64,000 nt of DNA from Bacillota bacterium (GTDB lineage Bacteria > Bacillota > Limnochordia > Darwinibacteriales > DTU012): positions 7,074 through 71,073 of the forward strand of contig JAAYNP010000072.1 in assembly GCA_012520795.1 (NCBI GenBank), read 5' to 3'. Below the pieces are notes generated by a model. The model saw only the letters and a list, made by a program, of their open reading frames with translations, had not been told where the DNA came from and did not search any database. Positions within the stretch are counted from its first letter, which is position 1. The number at the start of each line of letters is the position of its first letter. A program made the position numbers and the translations under genes. This document shows positions 28,919 through 39,701 of the stretch, piece by piece.

Positions 28919-29965
28919 CTACTTGCGGCGCAAAAATGCGGGAATATCCAGATCCTCGTTGGTAAACGGCCCAAGTTCCAATTCAAGCTCGGTAGGCTTG
29001 GCCATTTTGTCAGCCACCTCGAAACCGGTGGCGATTACCGTGACCACAATCTGATCCTGCAGTTCGTCATTGATTACCGCACCAAAGATGATATTGGCAT
29101 CAGGATCAGCAGTCTCAGCCACAATTCCCGCCGCTTCATTCACCTCGAACAGGCTCAGGTTGGAACTGCCCGACAAGCTGAGCAAAATTCCCTTCGCTCC
29201 CTTAATGGAAGCTTCCAACAGCGGGCTGGAAATGGCCTGCTTGGCAGCTTGGACAGCCCGGTCGTCCCCTGAGGCTTGTCCGATGCCCATCAAAGCAGAG
29301 CCGGCATTCGTCATAATCGCCCGCACGTCGGCAAAGTCCAGGTTGATCAATCCGGGGATCGTAATCAAGTCAGATATGCCCTGTACGCCTTGGCGCAAAA
29401 CGTCGTCAGCTATGCGAAATGCTTCGAGGATACTGGTTCTTTTCTCAACTACCTGCAGAAGCCGGTCATTGGGGATTGTAATCAAGGTATCAACCTTGGC
29501 CTTCAGCATCTCAATACCCTTATCCGCCTGCAGCTGCCGCCTCCGGCCTTCAAAAGAAAAAGGTTTGGTGACAACCCCTACAGTTAAAGCCGAGCATTCT
29601 TTGGCCACTTCTGCGATGACGGGAGCTGCGCCAGTCCCTGTGCCTCCTCCCATGCCTGCGGTGATGAACACCATATCCGCACCATCAAGCACAGCGCGGA
29701 TTTCTTCCCGGCTTTCCTCCGCAGAACGCTGGCCGATATCTGGGTTGGAGCCAGCCCCTAAACCTTTCGTCAGCTTTTCACCGAGTTGGATCTTATCAGA
29801 GGCTTCTGAGAGCTGCAGCGCCTGTGCGTCTGTATTCATGGCAATAAAATGCACTCCCTGCAGACTGGCGTGAATCATGCGGTTCACTGCATTACTACCG
29901 CCTCCACCGACACCTATCACTTTGATATTGGCGTACTCGCTACCTTCAAGCTCAAACTCAAACAT
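28919..29965 (-). CDS. ftsZ: cell division GTPase FtsZ
   Basis: [29 protein letters not shown]-terminal DIPAFLRRK peptide. Start at MFEFE (ATG 29965, RBS AAGGGGG). Confidence 0.95.
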   Translation of the reverse strand: MFEFELEGSEYANIKVIGVGGGGSNAVNRMIHASLQGVHFIAMNTDAQALQLSEASDKIQLGEKLTKGLGAGSNPDIGQRSAEESREEIRAVLDGADMVFITAGMGGGTGTGAAPVIAEVAKECSALTVGVVTKPFSFEGRRRQLQADKGIEMLKAKVDTLITIPNDRLLQVVEKRTSILEAFRIADDVLRQGVQGISDLITIPGLINLDFADVRAIMTNAGSALMGIGQASGDDRAVQAAKQAISSPLLEASIKGAKGILLSLSGSSNLSLFEVNEAAGIVAETADPDANIIFGAVINDELQDQIVVTVIATGFEVADKMAKPTELELELGPFTNEDLDIPAFLRRK

Positions 29966-30065
29966 AAGATCCCCCTTCTCTGCTCCACAAGTATCAGTTA
30001 CGTGCAATTCCGAGACCAGGCTAAGCCACACTTTTTAATTCCACATAAACATAACAATATCCTTT

Positions 30066-30728
30066 TTATTCAACAATCACAGGGCTGTTTGCAACCCGCA
30101 GGTCAATCTTTTTTGGGGTCACGTTTTCCTTGGCCACTTCCTGCAATACCAATTCCAAGGCCGCCACCTTGCGATCAAGCTCGCGTAGGCTGCCGAAGAC
30201 GATCTGAGTCCCGGATCGGGTGATTAAAGTCTGCTCGCTGCTGTTCCACTCTGAAACATCGTCATATAAACCCGCCGGCAGCCTTGCCAACAACCGGGCG
30301 ACTGAGATCAAATGCTCATTGGCTTCCATATCGGCGTTTGTCACCAGTGGTAAGGAACCATAGCTGAACCCTCTTGGGGGCGGTAAAAGGACTCCATCTT
30401 TGTCAAGCACGAACCAACTGTCATTACTGACAACCAAGGCCACAGGCTCTCTTTCTGTAATCTCAACAGTCAGGTGATTTGGCCAGCTCCAGGTGACATG
30501 AGCTTTTTTGACCCAAACGTAGGCGCTGATTTCAGCTTCTAGGGCATGCTTGTCGATTCTGAACACATTGCCCTGAGGTAGTAACGACTGATCAAGCAGA
30601 TCACTGGGGGATAGAAAAGCAAGTCCAACCCACTCCAGCTGATCAAGGACAAAGTAGCTGGAATTCAAGAACGCATACATGGTTAAGACAAGAATGATGA
30701 TAATGATAGATATTATTCTACGCTGCAT
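30066..30728 (-). CDS. ftsQ: cell division protein FtsQ/DivIB (POTRA)
   Basis: N-terminal TM anchor followed by POTRA-like and FtsQ-type domains. Positioned directly upstream of ftsZ. Confidence 0.75.
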   Translation of the reverse strand: MQRRIISIIIIILVLTMYAFLNSSYFVLDQLEWVGLAFLSPSDLLDQSLLPQGNVFRIDKHALEAEISAYVWVKKAHVTWSWPNHLTVEITEREPVALVVSNDSWFVLDKDGVLLPPPRGFSYGSLPLVTNADMEANEHLISVARLLARLPAGLYDDVSEWNSSEQTLITRSGTQIVFGSLRELDRKVAALELVLQEVAKENVTPKKIDLRVANSPVIVE

Positions 30729-30799
30729 CGGACTCTCCTTCTCCAGCCAAAAAAATAGGTCTAGACGATCAGGGCGTTTGGCATATCTGTTTGCCGCTT

Positions 30800-32053
30800 T
30801 TATTCCAGTTCAGTGATCTTGGCTCCAACCGCCTGCAGTTTGCCGATCATCTCTTCGTATCCGCGCATGAGATGTTCCACACCGGCTATCTCTGTTATAC
30901 CGTAGGCAGCCAACCCCGCAATAACCAAGGCGGCACCAGCCCTAAGATCCATTGCTTTCACCGCAGCGCCTGACAGCTGTTTAACACCTCTTACTACAGC
31001 GGAGTTGGAGTCCAACTGAATATCGGCTCCCATCCGGCGCAGCTCCTCCACATGCCCAAACCGGTGTGAATAGATTGTCTCCTTGATTACACTGCTTCCC
31101 TGAGCCAAGGTCACGAGGCTCATGAACTGCGGCTGCAAATCGGTGGCAAAGCCGGGATATGGCAAGGTAATGATGTTTGTCGGCTGGATATTTCTGCCGC
31201 CTTCGATCTCAATTGTATTTGACCCTACGTGCAAATGGGCACTGGTCTCTTCCAGTTTGCTCAAAATTACTTGAATGTGCGAAGGAATCACATTTTCCAA
31301 TCTGATTCTACCCCTGGTCATCGCGGCTGCGATCAGATAAGTACCGGCTTCAATCCGATCAGGTATTACAGTGTATTCCGCATCACCGAGATGATCTTCA
31401 GGTACACCTTCGATCACGATTTCGCTGGTACCTGCTCCGCTGATTCTGGCACCCATCTGATTAAGGAAATTCTGTACATCAACAATCTCCGGCTCTCTGG
31501 CGGCGTTGTGAATCACTGTCCTGCCTTTAGCCAAGGTCGCTGCCATCATAATGTTTTCGGTTGCGCCGACACTGGGGAAGTCCAATGATATTTCTTGTCC
31601 GATCAAGTTCGAGCAATTGGCTGTAATGAATCCATGCCGTTCATCAATTACAGCGCCCAAACGTTCCAAATTTTTCAGGTGCAAATCTATCGGCCGATCT
31701 CCGATGGCACAGCCACCCGGTTTGGCGATACGCACCCGTCCCAACCTTGCAAGAAGCGGCCCCATCACCTGGATTGAAGCACGCATCTCCCGCACCAGTT
31801 CTGTGGGTGCTTCACCGTGGATTTCATTAACTTGCAGCGTCAAAGTGGAATTCTCAAACCGGGCTTCCACTCCTAAGGCCGCCAGTACACCAATCATGGT
31901 GAAAACGTCTTTAATTTCAGGGACATCATGGATTATGAAACGGCCTTTGCCGAGCAGTGCGGCAGCCATAAGCTTCAATACTGCGTTTTTTGCCCCACTG
32001 ACGCGAATCACACCCCTGAGGGGATATCCACCTTCAATCAACAGCTTTTGCAT
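30800..32053 (-). CDS. murA: UDP-N-acetylglucosamine 1-carboxyvinyltransferase
   Basis: VSGAKNAVLKLMAA and the catalytic Cys loop KPGGCAIGDRPID. 417 aa. Confidence 0.93.
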   Translation of the reverse strand: MQKLLIEGGYPLRGVIRVSGAKNAVLKLMAAALLGKGRFIIHDVPEIKDVFTMIGVLAALGVEARFENSTLTLQVNEIHGEAPTELVREMRASIQVMGPLLARLGRVRIAKPGGCAIGDRPIDLHLKNLERLGAVIDERHGFITANCSNLIGQEISLDFPSVGATENIMMAATLAKGRTVIHNAAREPEIVDVQNFLNQMGARISGAGTSEIVIEGVPEDHLGDAEYTVIPDRIEAGTYLIAAAMTRGRIRLENVIPSHIQVILSKLEETSAHLHVGSNTIEIEGGRNIQPTNIITLPYPGFATDLQPQFMSLVTLAQGSSVIKETIYSHRFGHVEELRRMGADIQLDSNSAVVRGVKQLSGAAVKAMDLRAGAALVIAGLAAYGITEIAGVEHLMRGYEEMIGKLQAVGAKITELE

Positions 32054-32134
32054 CCCATCACCTCGTCAGTGCTTCTCCAGCACTGACTATAGTATGCAGG
32101 TGCTAGAAATTGGTGAAAGGACGCCTTACCATAT

Positions 32135-33235
32135 CTAGGAGCGGTTCTGCCTTGAGATATTCAACAGTACACCAACGCTTGCCAGGCTGACCAACAGCGA
32201 AGAACCTCCATAGCTGATAAACGGCAGAGTGATTCCGGTTACCGGCAGTGTCCCCGTTACCACACCGATGTTCAGTAACGCTTGAAACCCAATTGTAGAT
32301 GTCAAACCAATCGCCAACAAGCTGCCAAACAGATCAGGAGCGTTGAGGGCAATGCGCAAGCCGCGCCATGCGATCACGAAGAATAAGGCCAAAACCAATA
32401 TCCCACCAATAAACCCCAGCTCTTCACAGAGGATGGGGAAAATAAAATCAGTATGGTGTTCCGGCAGATAGGAAAACTTCTGCCTGCTGTTGCCCAGCCC
32501 CAAGCCAAAAAACCCGCCTGATCCGATGGCAGTCAGGGATTGAATCACATTCCAGCCTGCCCCGGTTGGATCCGCCCAGGGATCCAGAAAGGCCATCAGG
32601 CGTTTGACCCGATATGGTTCAAACTTGATCAGATAATAAACGCCCGGCACTGCTGAACAACCCAACGCAAAAAGCTGGCCCAAGTGAGCACCACCGGCAA
32701 ACAAGATGATGATCACCGTGAACGCCATGGTCATGGCGGTGCCAAAATCAGGTTCCATAATGATTAGGGCACACTGGATGCCCAAGAACACCAACAGCGG
32801 CAGCAAGCCGGTAAAAAACCGGCGAATTTTCCCTCTTTTTGTAGCAATGTATACTGCAGTATAATTGACCATTGCCAGCTTGGCAACTTCCGACGGCTGC
32901 AGATTGATCAGCCCCAAATCAATCCAGCGTTTGGCACCTTGAATATTTTCACCGATCAGCAGCACCAGCACCAGAAGTATAAGGGCAATCATCAATCCGG
33001 GAAGGGCTAGGTACTGATAAATGTGGTAATCGACATGCGCCGCTATATACATCAGCACCAAGCCAAACACAGCCCACATGGTCTGCTTTTTTACATAATA
33101 ATAGGGATCACGGAAATCATTGATTCCCATCACAGAGGAAGCGCTGAAGACCATTACCAGCCCGATGCTTAACAGGGTAATCGCAGCAGTAAAAACAATC
33201 AGGTCAATTTTCCCTTCTCTAGTAAAAACCGGCAC
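32135..33235 (-). CDS. ftsW: SEDS family lipid II flippase/polymerase FtsW/SpoVE
   Basis: 10-TM SEDS pattern: PSEVAKL, EPDFGTA, LPEHHTDFIF, GSSLL. Confidence 0.88.
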   Translation of the reverse strand: MPVFTREGKIDLIVFTAAITLLSIGLVMVFSASSVMGINDFRDPYYYVKKQTMWAVFGLVLMYIAAHVDYHIYQYLALPGLMIALILLVLVLLIGENIQGAKRWIDLGLINLQPSEVAKLAMVNYTAVYIATKRGKIRRFFTGLLPLLVFLGIQCALIIMEPDFGTAMTMAFTVIIILFAGGAHLGQLFALGCSAVPGVYYLIKFEPYRVKRLMAFLDPWADPTGAGWNVIQSLTAIGSGGFFGLGLGNSRQKFSYLPEHHTDFIFPILCEELGFIGGILVLALFFVIAWRGLRIALNAPDLFGSLLAIGLTSTIGFQALLNIGVVTGTLPVTGITLPFISYGGSSLLVSLASVGVLLNISRQNRS

Positions 33236-33266
33236 ATTGATCGCCCCCTCCCTAATCTATATTCAG

Positions 33267-34247
33267 CTACAGGATTGCCAACAACCCCAACAGTGCAAAA
33301 AATAGGCCAATCAGCCAAAACCTGGTGACTATCTTCGGTTCTTCCCAATCAAGCAGTTCAAAATGGTGGTGCAGTGGTGCCATCTTAAAGAACCGCTTAC
33401 CGTCGGTCAACTTAAAATAGGTTACTTGAATGATGTCAGACAATGTCTCTATCACAAACAAACCACCGACAACAATCAGATGAAACGGTGTTCGGGTCAG
33501 TATTGCGAGAATGCCTAGAGCAGCACCTAAAGCCAGGGCTCCTGTATCACCCATAAAGATGGCTGCCGGATGAGCATTAAACCAAACGAATCCCAGGCAC
33601 GCCCCGGCGAGGCTTCCGGCAAAAAGCGCAAGTTCCAAACGGCCAAGCAAACCCGCGATCACTGCATAACTGACGGCGGCAATGGCTACCGACCCTCCTG
33701 CCAGCCCATCAAGCCCGTCAGTCAGATTTACTGCATTGGTTGTCCCCAGCATGACACCAAGTATCAATACCACATATGCCGCCACAGGCAGCTCGATAGA
33801 GGCTTGGGTAAAAGGTATCAATACCGTTGTACCGATATCCGGACGCGATAAGGCATATAGAGCGACCAGGACCGCAATAAAAAGCTGCCCGAAAAGCTTG
33901 TGCCTTGCCTTCAATCCTAGGGAGCTCCGGGTGAGGATGATTATCAAGTCGTCCAAAAAGCCAATTGCCCCGTAGGCAACCGTAATAAAGACAGCAAACA
34001 ACATATGGTTGCTGCCTTGCCCCAAGATCAGTGCAGCAACCACCACGCCAATAATGATCATAACACCGCCCATGGTAGGGGTGCCGGACTTTTGCAGATG
34101 CCTCCTTGGCCCATCCAGCCGCACATTCTGGCCAAACCTCAGCTTTGTCAAGTACCGGATTATGCCAGGGCCAATGAACAAAACGATCACAAACCCAATC
34201 AAAGCTCCCAGCAACGGCATGTATACCAATGATCGATCCACTGACAT
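33267..34247 (-). CDS. mraY: phospho-N-acetylmuramoyl-pentapeptide transferase
   Basis: GTPTMGG, NAVNLTDGLDGLA, APLHHHFE. Confidence 0.95.
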   Translation of the reverse strand: MSVDRSLVYMPLLGALIGFVIVLFIGPGIIRYLTKLRFGQNVRLDGPRRHLQKSGTPTMGGVMIIIGVVVAALILGQGSNHMLFAVFITVAYGAIGFLDDLIIILTRSSLGLKARHKLFGQLFIAVLVALYALSRPDIGTTVLIPFTQASIELPVAAYVVLILGVMLGTTNAVNLTDGLDGLAGGSVAIAAVSYAVIAGLLGRLELALFAGSLAGACLGFVWFNAHPAAIFMGDTGALALGAALGILAILTRTPFHLIVVGGLFVIETLSDIIQVTYFKLTDGKRFFKMAPLHHHFELLDWEEPKIVTRFWLIGLFFALLGLLAIL

Positions 34248-35602
34248 TACCTCTCTTTTAACGCTGCTACCACTTGTTCCAATGCAACAACACGTGATGC
34301 CTTCACCAAAACCAAGTCCTGTTTTTCCACAAGTTGACTAAGCTCAGGGAGCAATTGCTCCACCGCTGCATATATTCGAATCCTGGATGGGGAAAATCCT
34401 GCCGAACACGCGCCTTTATACATTAAATGGGCATACTTGCCAACAAATACCAACTCGTCGCATACCTCGGCCGCAAAAGCCCCCACTTCTTCATGAGCCA
34501 AATCGGATATTGGCCCCAATTCATACATGTCGCCCAAAACAGCAACTCGGCGCCGGCTGCCGGAAATCTGCTCCATGGTTGTAAGGGCTGCCTGCATTGA
34601 TGCAGGGCTGGCATTGTATGCGTCATTGATGATCATGACTCCGTCTGCACTGTGTTCGATCTCCAAACGCATGCCGCTGAGCTCTGCTTGAGGCAGCGCT
34701 TCAATGGCGATTGAGATCGGGATCCCAAACTGGATACCAACCCCGATTGCCGCCAGGCTGTTGTATACATTGTGGACACCGGGAACCGGCAGCTCTACGC
34801 GGTAAGCCTGATCATTCCACCTCAAGTCATAACTTACCGTGCCTTGGCTGTCAACGGCAATGTTTTCTGCCCGCAGCTGATTCCCGGTATCTGTGCCGTA
34901 AAACAAAACATGCTTGGCTTTGCAGGCATGTCTGCGGACTAGAGAATCGTCGCCGTTAAGTACAGCACTGCCCCCCGGCTTTAAGCCGAGCAGGATTTCA
35001 GCTTTAGCCTCCGCTATGTTCCCGACACTGCCTAGAAGCTCCAAGTGCACCGGGAAAACATTGGTAATGACCGCAACCTGCGGCGGTGCAATCTCAGTCA
35101 GATGCCGGATTTCTCCCAAAGCCCGCATCCCCATTTCCAGCACTGTGATTTCATGCCACGGTTCAATACTCATTATGGTTAAAGGCAGGCCGATCTCATT
35201 GTTGTAATTGCCTTGAGTTTTGCTAACCTTGTATTTTGCCCCCAGCACGGCAGCGGTAAAATCCTTGGTAGTGGTTTTGCCATTGCTTCCGGTGATGGCT
35301 ACCACAGGTATCCCAATCTTCGCAAGATGAGCTTGAGCCAGTTTTTGAAGGGCAGCAAGCGGGTCATCGACTGCAATAATCCGTCGATCCTGTCTCCAGC
35401 CACGTTTGACAACAGCATAACCACCGGCTTCCAAGACAGCATCAACAAAATGGTGCCCGTCGGTTTTGGAACCCTGCAGGGCAAAAAACAGGCTTCCAGC
35501 CGCAGCCTGGCGGCTGTCAATAATCACCTTTTCAATCCTGGTTTGATCAGTGCTGTGCTGCCCCAAAACTGCCGCAGCTTCAGCAAAAGTTAAAGGAAAC
35601 AT
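34247..35602 (-). CDS. murF: UDP-N-acetylmuramoyl-tripeptide--D-alanyl-D-alanine ligase
   Basis: ITGSNGKTTTKD and Mur ligase middle and C-terminal domains. 1-nt overlap with mraY. Confidence 0.92.
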   Translation of the reverse strand: MFPLTFAEAAAVLGQHSTDQTRIEKVIIDSRQAAAGSLFFALQGSKTDGHHFVDAVLEAGGYAVVKRGWRQDRRIIAVDDPLAALQKLAQAHLAKIGIPVVAITGSNGKTTTKDFTAAVLGAKYKVSKTQGNYNNEIGLPLTIMSIEPWHEITVLEMGMRALGEIRHLTEIAPPQVAVITNVFPVHLELLGSVGNIAEAKAEILLGLKPGGSAVLNGDDSLVRRHACKAKHVLFYGTDTGNQLRAENIAVDSQGTVSYDLRWNDQAYRVELPVPGVHNVYNSLAAIGVGIQFGIPISIAIEALPQAELSGMRLEIEHSADGVMIINDAYNASPASMQAALTTMEQISGSRRRVAVLGDMYELGPISDLAHEEVGAFAAEVCDELVFVGKYAHLMYKGACSAGFSPSRIRIYAAVEQLLPELSQLVEKQDLVLVKASRVVALEQVVAALKER

Positions 35603-35605
35603 AGT

Positions 35606-37087
35606 TCATAGCTCCTTCAAGACACGCCGGGCTTCCGCCCGGTCATCAAAATCAATTTTACCGTCAGCAAATTCCTGGTATGTCTCGTGCCCTTTTCCGG
35701 CAATGATCACCACATCCCCTGCCTTGGCTGCCCTGATCGCCATCTCAATCGCTTTGCTTCGGCTTGGCTCAATAACATAGCCAAAGCTTGCTTTTTGGCC
35801 CATTATAGGCAATATCCCCCGCTCGATCTCGCGGCAGATCTGAACCGGATCCTCACTTCGAGGGTTGTCTGCAGTCAGGATTACATAATCGCTGAGCTCT
35901 GCAGTCACCCTGCCCATTAACGGCCTTTTCGATCGATCCCGATCCCCTCCGGCGCCAAAGACTGTGATCACCCGGTTTTTGGCAAACCCCCGGGCAGTTT
36001 CGAGTATATTTCCCAAGCTGTCAGGTGTATGGGCATAATCGATGATCACTGCAAAATCCTGGCCCATATCAATAAGCTCAAACCTGCCGGGCACACCGCC
36101 AACTCTTTCCAGGCCTGCTTTGATATCACTTAGGCCGGCTCCTGCAGCAAAGCCGGCCGCGCAGGCCGCCAAGGTGTTGTATACATTAAACTGGCCAGTA
36201 AGATTGAGATCCAGGTGTAAATCACCCAATGGTGTTAGTAGGCGGTATTTGACGCCCCTGCTGCCTACATTGATTTCACAGGCGCGAAACTGTGCCTGCT
36301 GTTGAATTCCATAACTGTAGACCGGTGCCGAGCTGCGGCTTGCAATCTTCAATCCATAAGGATCGTCGACATTAACGATGGAGACCTTTCCTGCTTTGGT
36401 CTGTTCCTGCATCAAGCCGGCGAACAATTTGAATTTTGCTTGAAAATAGTGTTCGAAATCCTGATGAAAATCCAAATGATCCTGAGTCAGGTTGGTAAAC
36501 ACTGCCGTATCAAACTCCAAGCCGACTGTGCGGTTCAAATCCAAAGCATGGGATGAGACTTCCATCACCACATAATCCAGATTGTGGACAACCATTTCAG
36601 CGAGCATAGCTTGGAGGTCCACCGATTCCGGGGTTGTGCACTGTGCAGGAATCACGCTGCTGCCGATCATGGCTTGAACCGTCCCAATCAAGCCTACAGT
36701 ATATCCTGCCTGCTCCAGAATGGACTTGATAAGATATGTAGTGGTAGTCTTGCCATTGGTACCGGTAACGCCGACTACTCTCAACCGCCTGCTTGGATAG
36801 TTAAAATAAGCAGCGGCCATTTTACCCATAGCCGCCCGCGTGTCCGGCACAAGGATCTGTGCAGTGGCAGGATCAAGATCCTGGATTTCCTCCACAACCA
36901 CGGCCACAGCACCATTGCTGATTGCTTCTTCAATATATTTGTGGCCGTCTGTTTTAAACCCCCGAATCGCAAAAAACAGCTCCCCCGGTTTGATCTTGCG
37001 CGAATCATAACTCAAACCGGAGATTTCTTGATCCCCTCCAACCATCTCGCAGTCCAGATTCGTAATTAGTTGAGAAATCTGCACCAT
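35606..37087 (-). CDS. murE: UDP-N-acetylmuramoyl-L-alanyl-D-glutamate--2,6-diaminopimelate ligase
   Basis: VTGTNGKTTT plus the DNPR motif (TADNPRSEDP), which indicates meso-DAP specificity. Confidence 0.92.
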   Translation of the reverse strand: MVQISQLITNLDCEMVGGDQEISGLSYDSRKIKPGELFFAIRGFKTDGHKYIEEAISNGAVAVVVEEIQDLDPATAQILVPDTRAAMGKMAAAYFNYPSRRLRVVGVTGTNGKTTTTYLIKSILEQAGYTVGLIGTVQAMIGSSVIPAQCTTPESVDLQAMLAEMVVHNLDYVVMEVSSHALDLNRTVGLEFDTAVFTNLTQDHLDFHQDFEHYFQAKFKLFAGLMQEQTKAGKVSIVNVDDPYGLKIASRSSAPVYSYGIQQQAQFRACEINVGSRGVKYRLLTPLGDLHLDLNLTGQFNVYNTLAACAAGFAAGAGLSDIKAGLERVGGVPGRFELIDMGQDFAVIIDYAHTPDSLGNILETARGFAKNRVITVFGAGGDRDRSKRPLMGRVTAELSDYVILTADNPRSEDPVQICREIERGILPIMGQKASFGYVIEPSRSKAIEMAIRAAKAGDVVIIAGKGHETYQEFADGKIDFDDRAEARRVLKEL

Positions 37088-37129
37088 GTTTGTTCCCCCT
37101 ACAGGACTGGAACACCTGTTATTCCTATC

Positions 37130-39229
37130 CTATGGTTGAAATTCAACTTCAACAACCGAACCTGCAGGTATCCTTGTTCCGGCAGGCGGCGTCTGGCGGA
37201 TCGCAATCCCACTTCCTTTGGGCCGGAATTGCAGGCCCAACTCATCGATCAGTATCGACACATCCCGCATGCTCTTGCCAATCAAATTTGGCACTGGGAT
37301 CATAATAGGCTCTGAATCCTCATAAAACATCAGGTTAACTGTAGTGTGCGGCAGTACCCGGCTGCCCGGGCTGGGAATCTGATCGCGAACAATATTCCCC
37401 GTATTCAGATGATTCGCGGTCAGGTTGTTTTCTTTAAGGATCTTTTCAGCCTCCGAAACAGTATAATTGCGGATATTGGGTACAATGGCCATTGGAGTTG
37501 ATTGGACTGTTGATTGCTTGCGGGGGACACCCAGATAGTCGAGGATCTGTTCTGTTACCGTCTGAAACACAGGGGCTGCCAAAACCCCTCCGTAACGGAT
37601 ATCGGTCTGCGGCTGGTACAAAACCACCAGTACCGCTATTTGGGGATCATCGGCAGGTGCAAACCCTACAAAAGATGCAATCCGTTCATCACCATAGCCG
37701 CCTTGCATGGGTACTTCAGCGGTCCCGGTCTTGCCCGCCACTTCAACTCCGATAATTCTGGCTCTGCTTCCTGAACCGTTTTCCACTGCCGAAACCAAAA
37801 ATTCCGTCAAAAGTTTGCTTGTTTCAGGTAGAATGGGCTGTCCCAGAACCTCTGGTTCGGTCCGCTTAATCACCTTTCCAAATTCATCCCGGATTTCAGC
37901 AACATAATAAGGGCGCATCATTTTCCCGCCGTTGGCAATAGCGCCAACCGCAGTCAACAGCTGCAGGGGAGTTACGGCAATCCCTTGGCCAAAACCAATA
38001 TTGGCCCACTGCAGTGTTTCCCCATGGGCGATCTGCCCTGGTTTCTGCAGTATACCAGCGGCCTCACCGGGAAAGTCAATTCCAGTTTTCTTCCCGTAGC
38101 CGAAGCCTGCCAAATATGGATAAAATCGCTCCGGCCCCATTTCGACGGATAGCTGGGCAAAAACAATGTTGTCAGATTTTTCGACAGCCTCCAGGAAAGT
38201 AATGTTGCCGTTGCCGTAGATATTTGAGCTGCGGACAGTGCCGCCGGCAACATCCCACGAAGGACCGCTGTAGAACTGGCGGTTCGCATCGACGATACCC
38301 AGATCCAGAGCTGCCGCTGCTGTGAGTATCTTAAATGTGGAACCGGGCTCATATTGATCCGTGATCGCTATGTTGCGGCGATGAGCTGTGGGGTAGGCTT
38401 GGTAATTGTTCGGATCAAAAGTTGGATAGACAGCATTGGCCAAGATGGCCCCTGTTTTGGGATCCATAACCAAAATAACCCCGGAGCTGCTCCGGGACGC
38501 ATTAACAGCAGTTTGGAGTTCTTTCTCTGCAATGTACTGAATGACGGCATCCAGGGTGAGGACCAGATCATGGCCATTGACGGGCGCCACCCTGTCCTCC
38601 AATCCACCGGGAATTTTCCGTTGGATCGCATCTTTTTCCGCTTTAAGCGTGCCCGGGATTCCTTTGAGCAGATCATCGTATAAGTATTCTATTCCTTCCA
38701 ATCCCTGATTATCAATTCCAGCAATGCCAATTACATGCGCCGCCAGGGTCCCCTGTGGATAAAATCGCTGAGGTCGAGTGATCAGGCGAATCCCCGGGAT
38801 ATTCAGCTGACGGATTTGATTGGCCGCTTCCAGGCTCAGTTTCCTGGACAGCCAAAAATTCCTTTGTTTCGCTTCGTTTTCAACCAAAAGTGCTTCTATT
38901 TCACTGGCGCTGAGATCCAAATAGGGCGCCAGCTGCTGCGCCGCGAGGCTGAGATCCCGATCACGGCTGGGAATAACATGAATCGAATAGGCATCAATGC
39001 TTCTGGCCAACAGTTCGTAATTGCGATCATAAATATTGCCCCGCTGGGGATCGATCAACTCAGGCTGCAGGCGTTGTGCTTCAGCCAGGTTTGAATACCT
39101 GGATTTGCTCCACAGCTGTAAATAGCCCAACCTCAAACATAATGCAAGTGTTACAACTACAAAGAGCACAAATAATCCTGCACTTCTCCGGTAAAACCGC
39201 TTCCTATTGGCCAATTCTCCCAGCTTCAA
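37130..39229 (-). CDS. class B penicillin-binding protein (FtsI/SpoVD type) with two C-terminal PASTA domains
   Basis: Transpeptidase motifs GSTFK, KSDN, KTGT, with two PASTA-like repeats at the C-terminus. Confidence 0.88.
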   Translation of the reverse strand: MKLGELANRKRFYRRSAGLFVLFVVVTLALCLRLGYLQLWSKSRYSNLAEAQRLQPELIDPQRGNIYDRNYELLARSIDAYSIHVIPSRDRDLSLAAQQLAPYLDLSASEIEALLVENEAKQRNFWLSRKLSLEAANQIRQLNIPGIRLITRPQRFYPQGTLAAHVIGIAGIDNQGLEGIEYLYDDLLKGIPGTLKAEKDAIQRKIPGGLEDRVAPVNGHDLVLTLDAVIQYIAEKELQTAVNASRSSSGVILVMDPKTGAILANAVYPTFDPNNYQAYPTAHRRNIAITDQYEPGSTFKILTAAAALDLGIVDANRQFYSGPSWDVAGGTVRSSNIYGNGNITFLEAVEKSDNIVFAQLSVEMGPERFYPYLAGFGYGKKTGIDFPGEAAGILQKPGQIAHGETLQWANIGFGQGIAVTPLQLLTAVGAIANGGKMMRPYYVAEIRDEFGKVIKRTEPEVLGQPILPETSKLLTEFLVSAVENGSGSRARIIGVEVAGKTGTAEVPMQGGYGDERIASFVGFAPADDPQIAVLVVLYQPQTDIRYGGVLAAPVFQTVTEQILDYLGVPRKQSTVQSTPMAIVPNIRNYTVSEAEKILKENNLTANHLNTGNIVRDQIPSPGSRVLPHTTVNLMFYEDSEPIMIPVPNLIGKSMRDVSILIDELGLQFRPKGSGIAIRQTPPAGTRIPAGSVVEVEFQP

Positions 39230-39701
39230 CTCCCCCTACCGGCAGCAATTGGTTAAACCAGTTGGCAATCTGCGTAAACAGGCGGTTGCCCTGTTGTTGT
39301 TCCTCTATGTCGATCCACCCTGCTGCACCGGGATTGACACCGTGATGCGTGTCAAGCACCAGTATTTGCGTCCCCACCGGATCAACCATCCCCAATTCCC
39401 GCCTGGCAACAGCTTCGATATTGGTAAGCCGGTTAACCTCTTTCAGTGACAGCAAAAGGAATTCCTGTTCCTGCTGCATTCGGGACAACTGCCCTTCCAG
39501 TAGGTCAATTTCCACACTCAGCTGCATGATCACTACCTGTTGATGAAGGTAATAAAACGCACTGAAGACAGCCAGCACTGCTGTAAGGCAGATCAATGCT
39601 GGCAGCGGAATACGCTTTTTTCGTTTGCGATTCACGACAGGCAGAGCCACACTAACGCCCAGCTCATAATAATCCAGTTTTAGAGCAGGTTCCATGATCA
39701 C
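39204..39701 (-). CDS. ftsL: FtsL-like cell division protein
   Basis: Single TM helix followed by a coiled-coil (MQLSVEIDLLEGQLSRMQQEQEFLL). Positioned between rsmH and the PBP. Confidence 0.65.
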   Translation of the reverse strand: MIMEPALKLDYYELGVSVALPVVNRKRKKRIPLPALICLTAVLAVFSAFYYLHQQVVIMQLSVEIDLLEGQLSRMQQEQEFLLLSLKEVNRLTNIEAVARRELGMVDPVGTQILVLDTHHGVNPGAAGWIDIEEQQQGNRLFTQIANWFNQLLPVGGVEAGRIGQ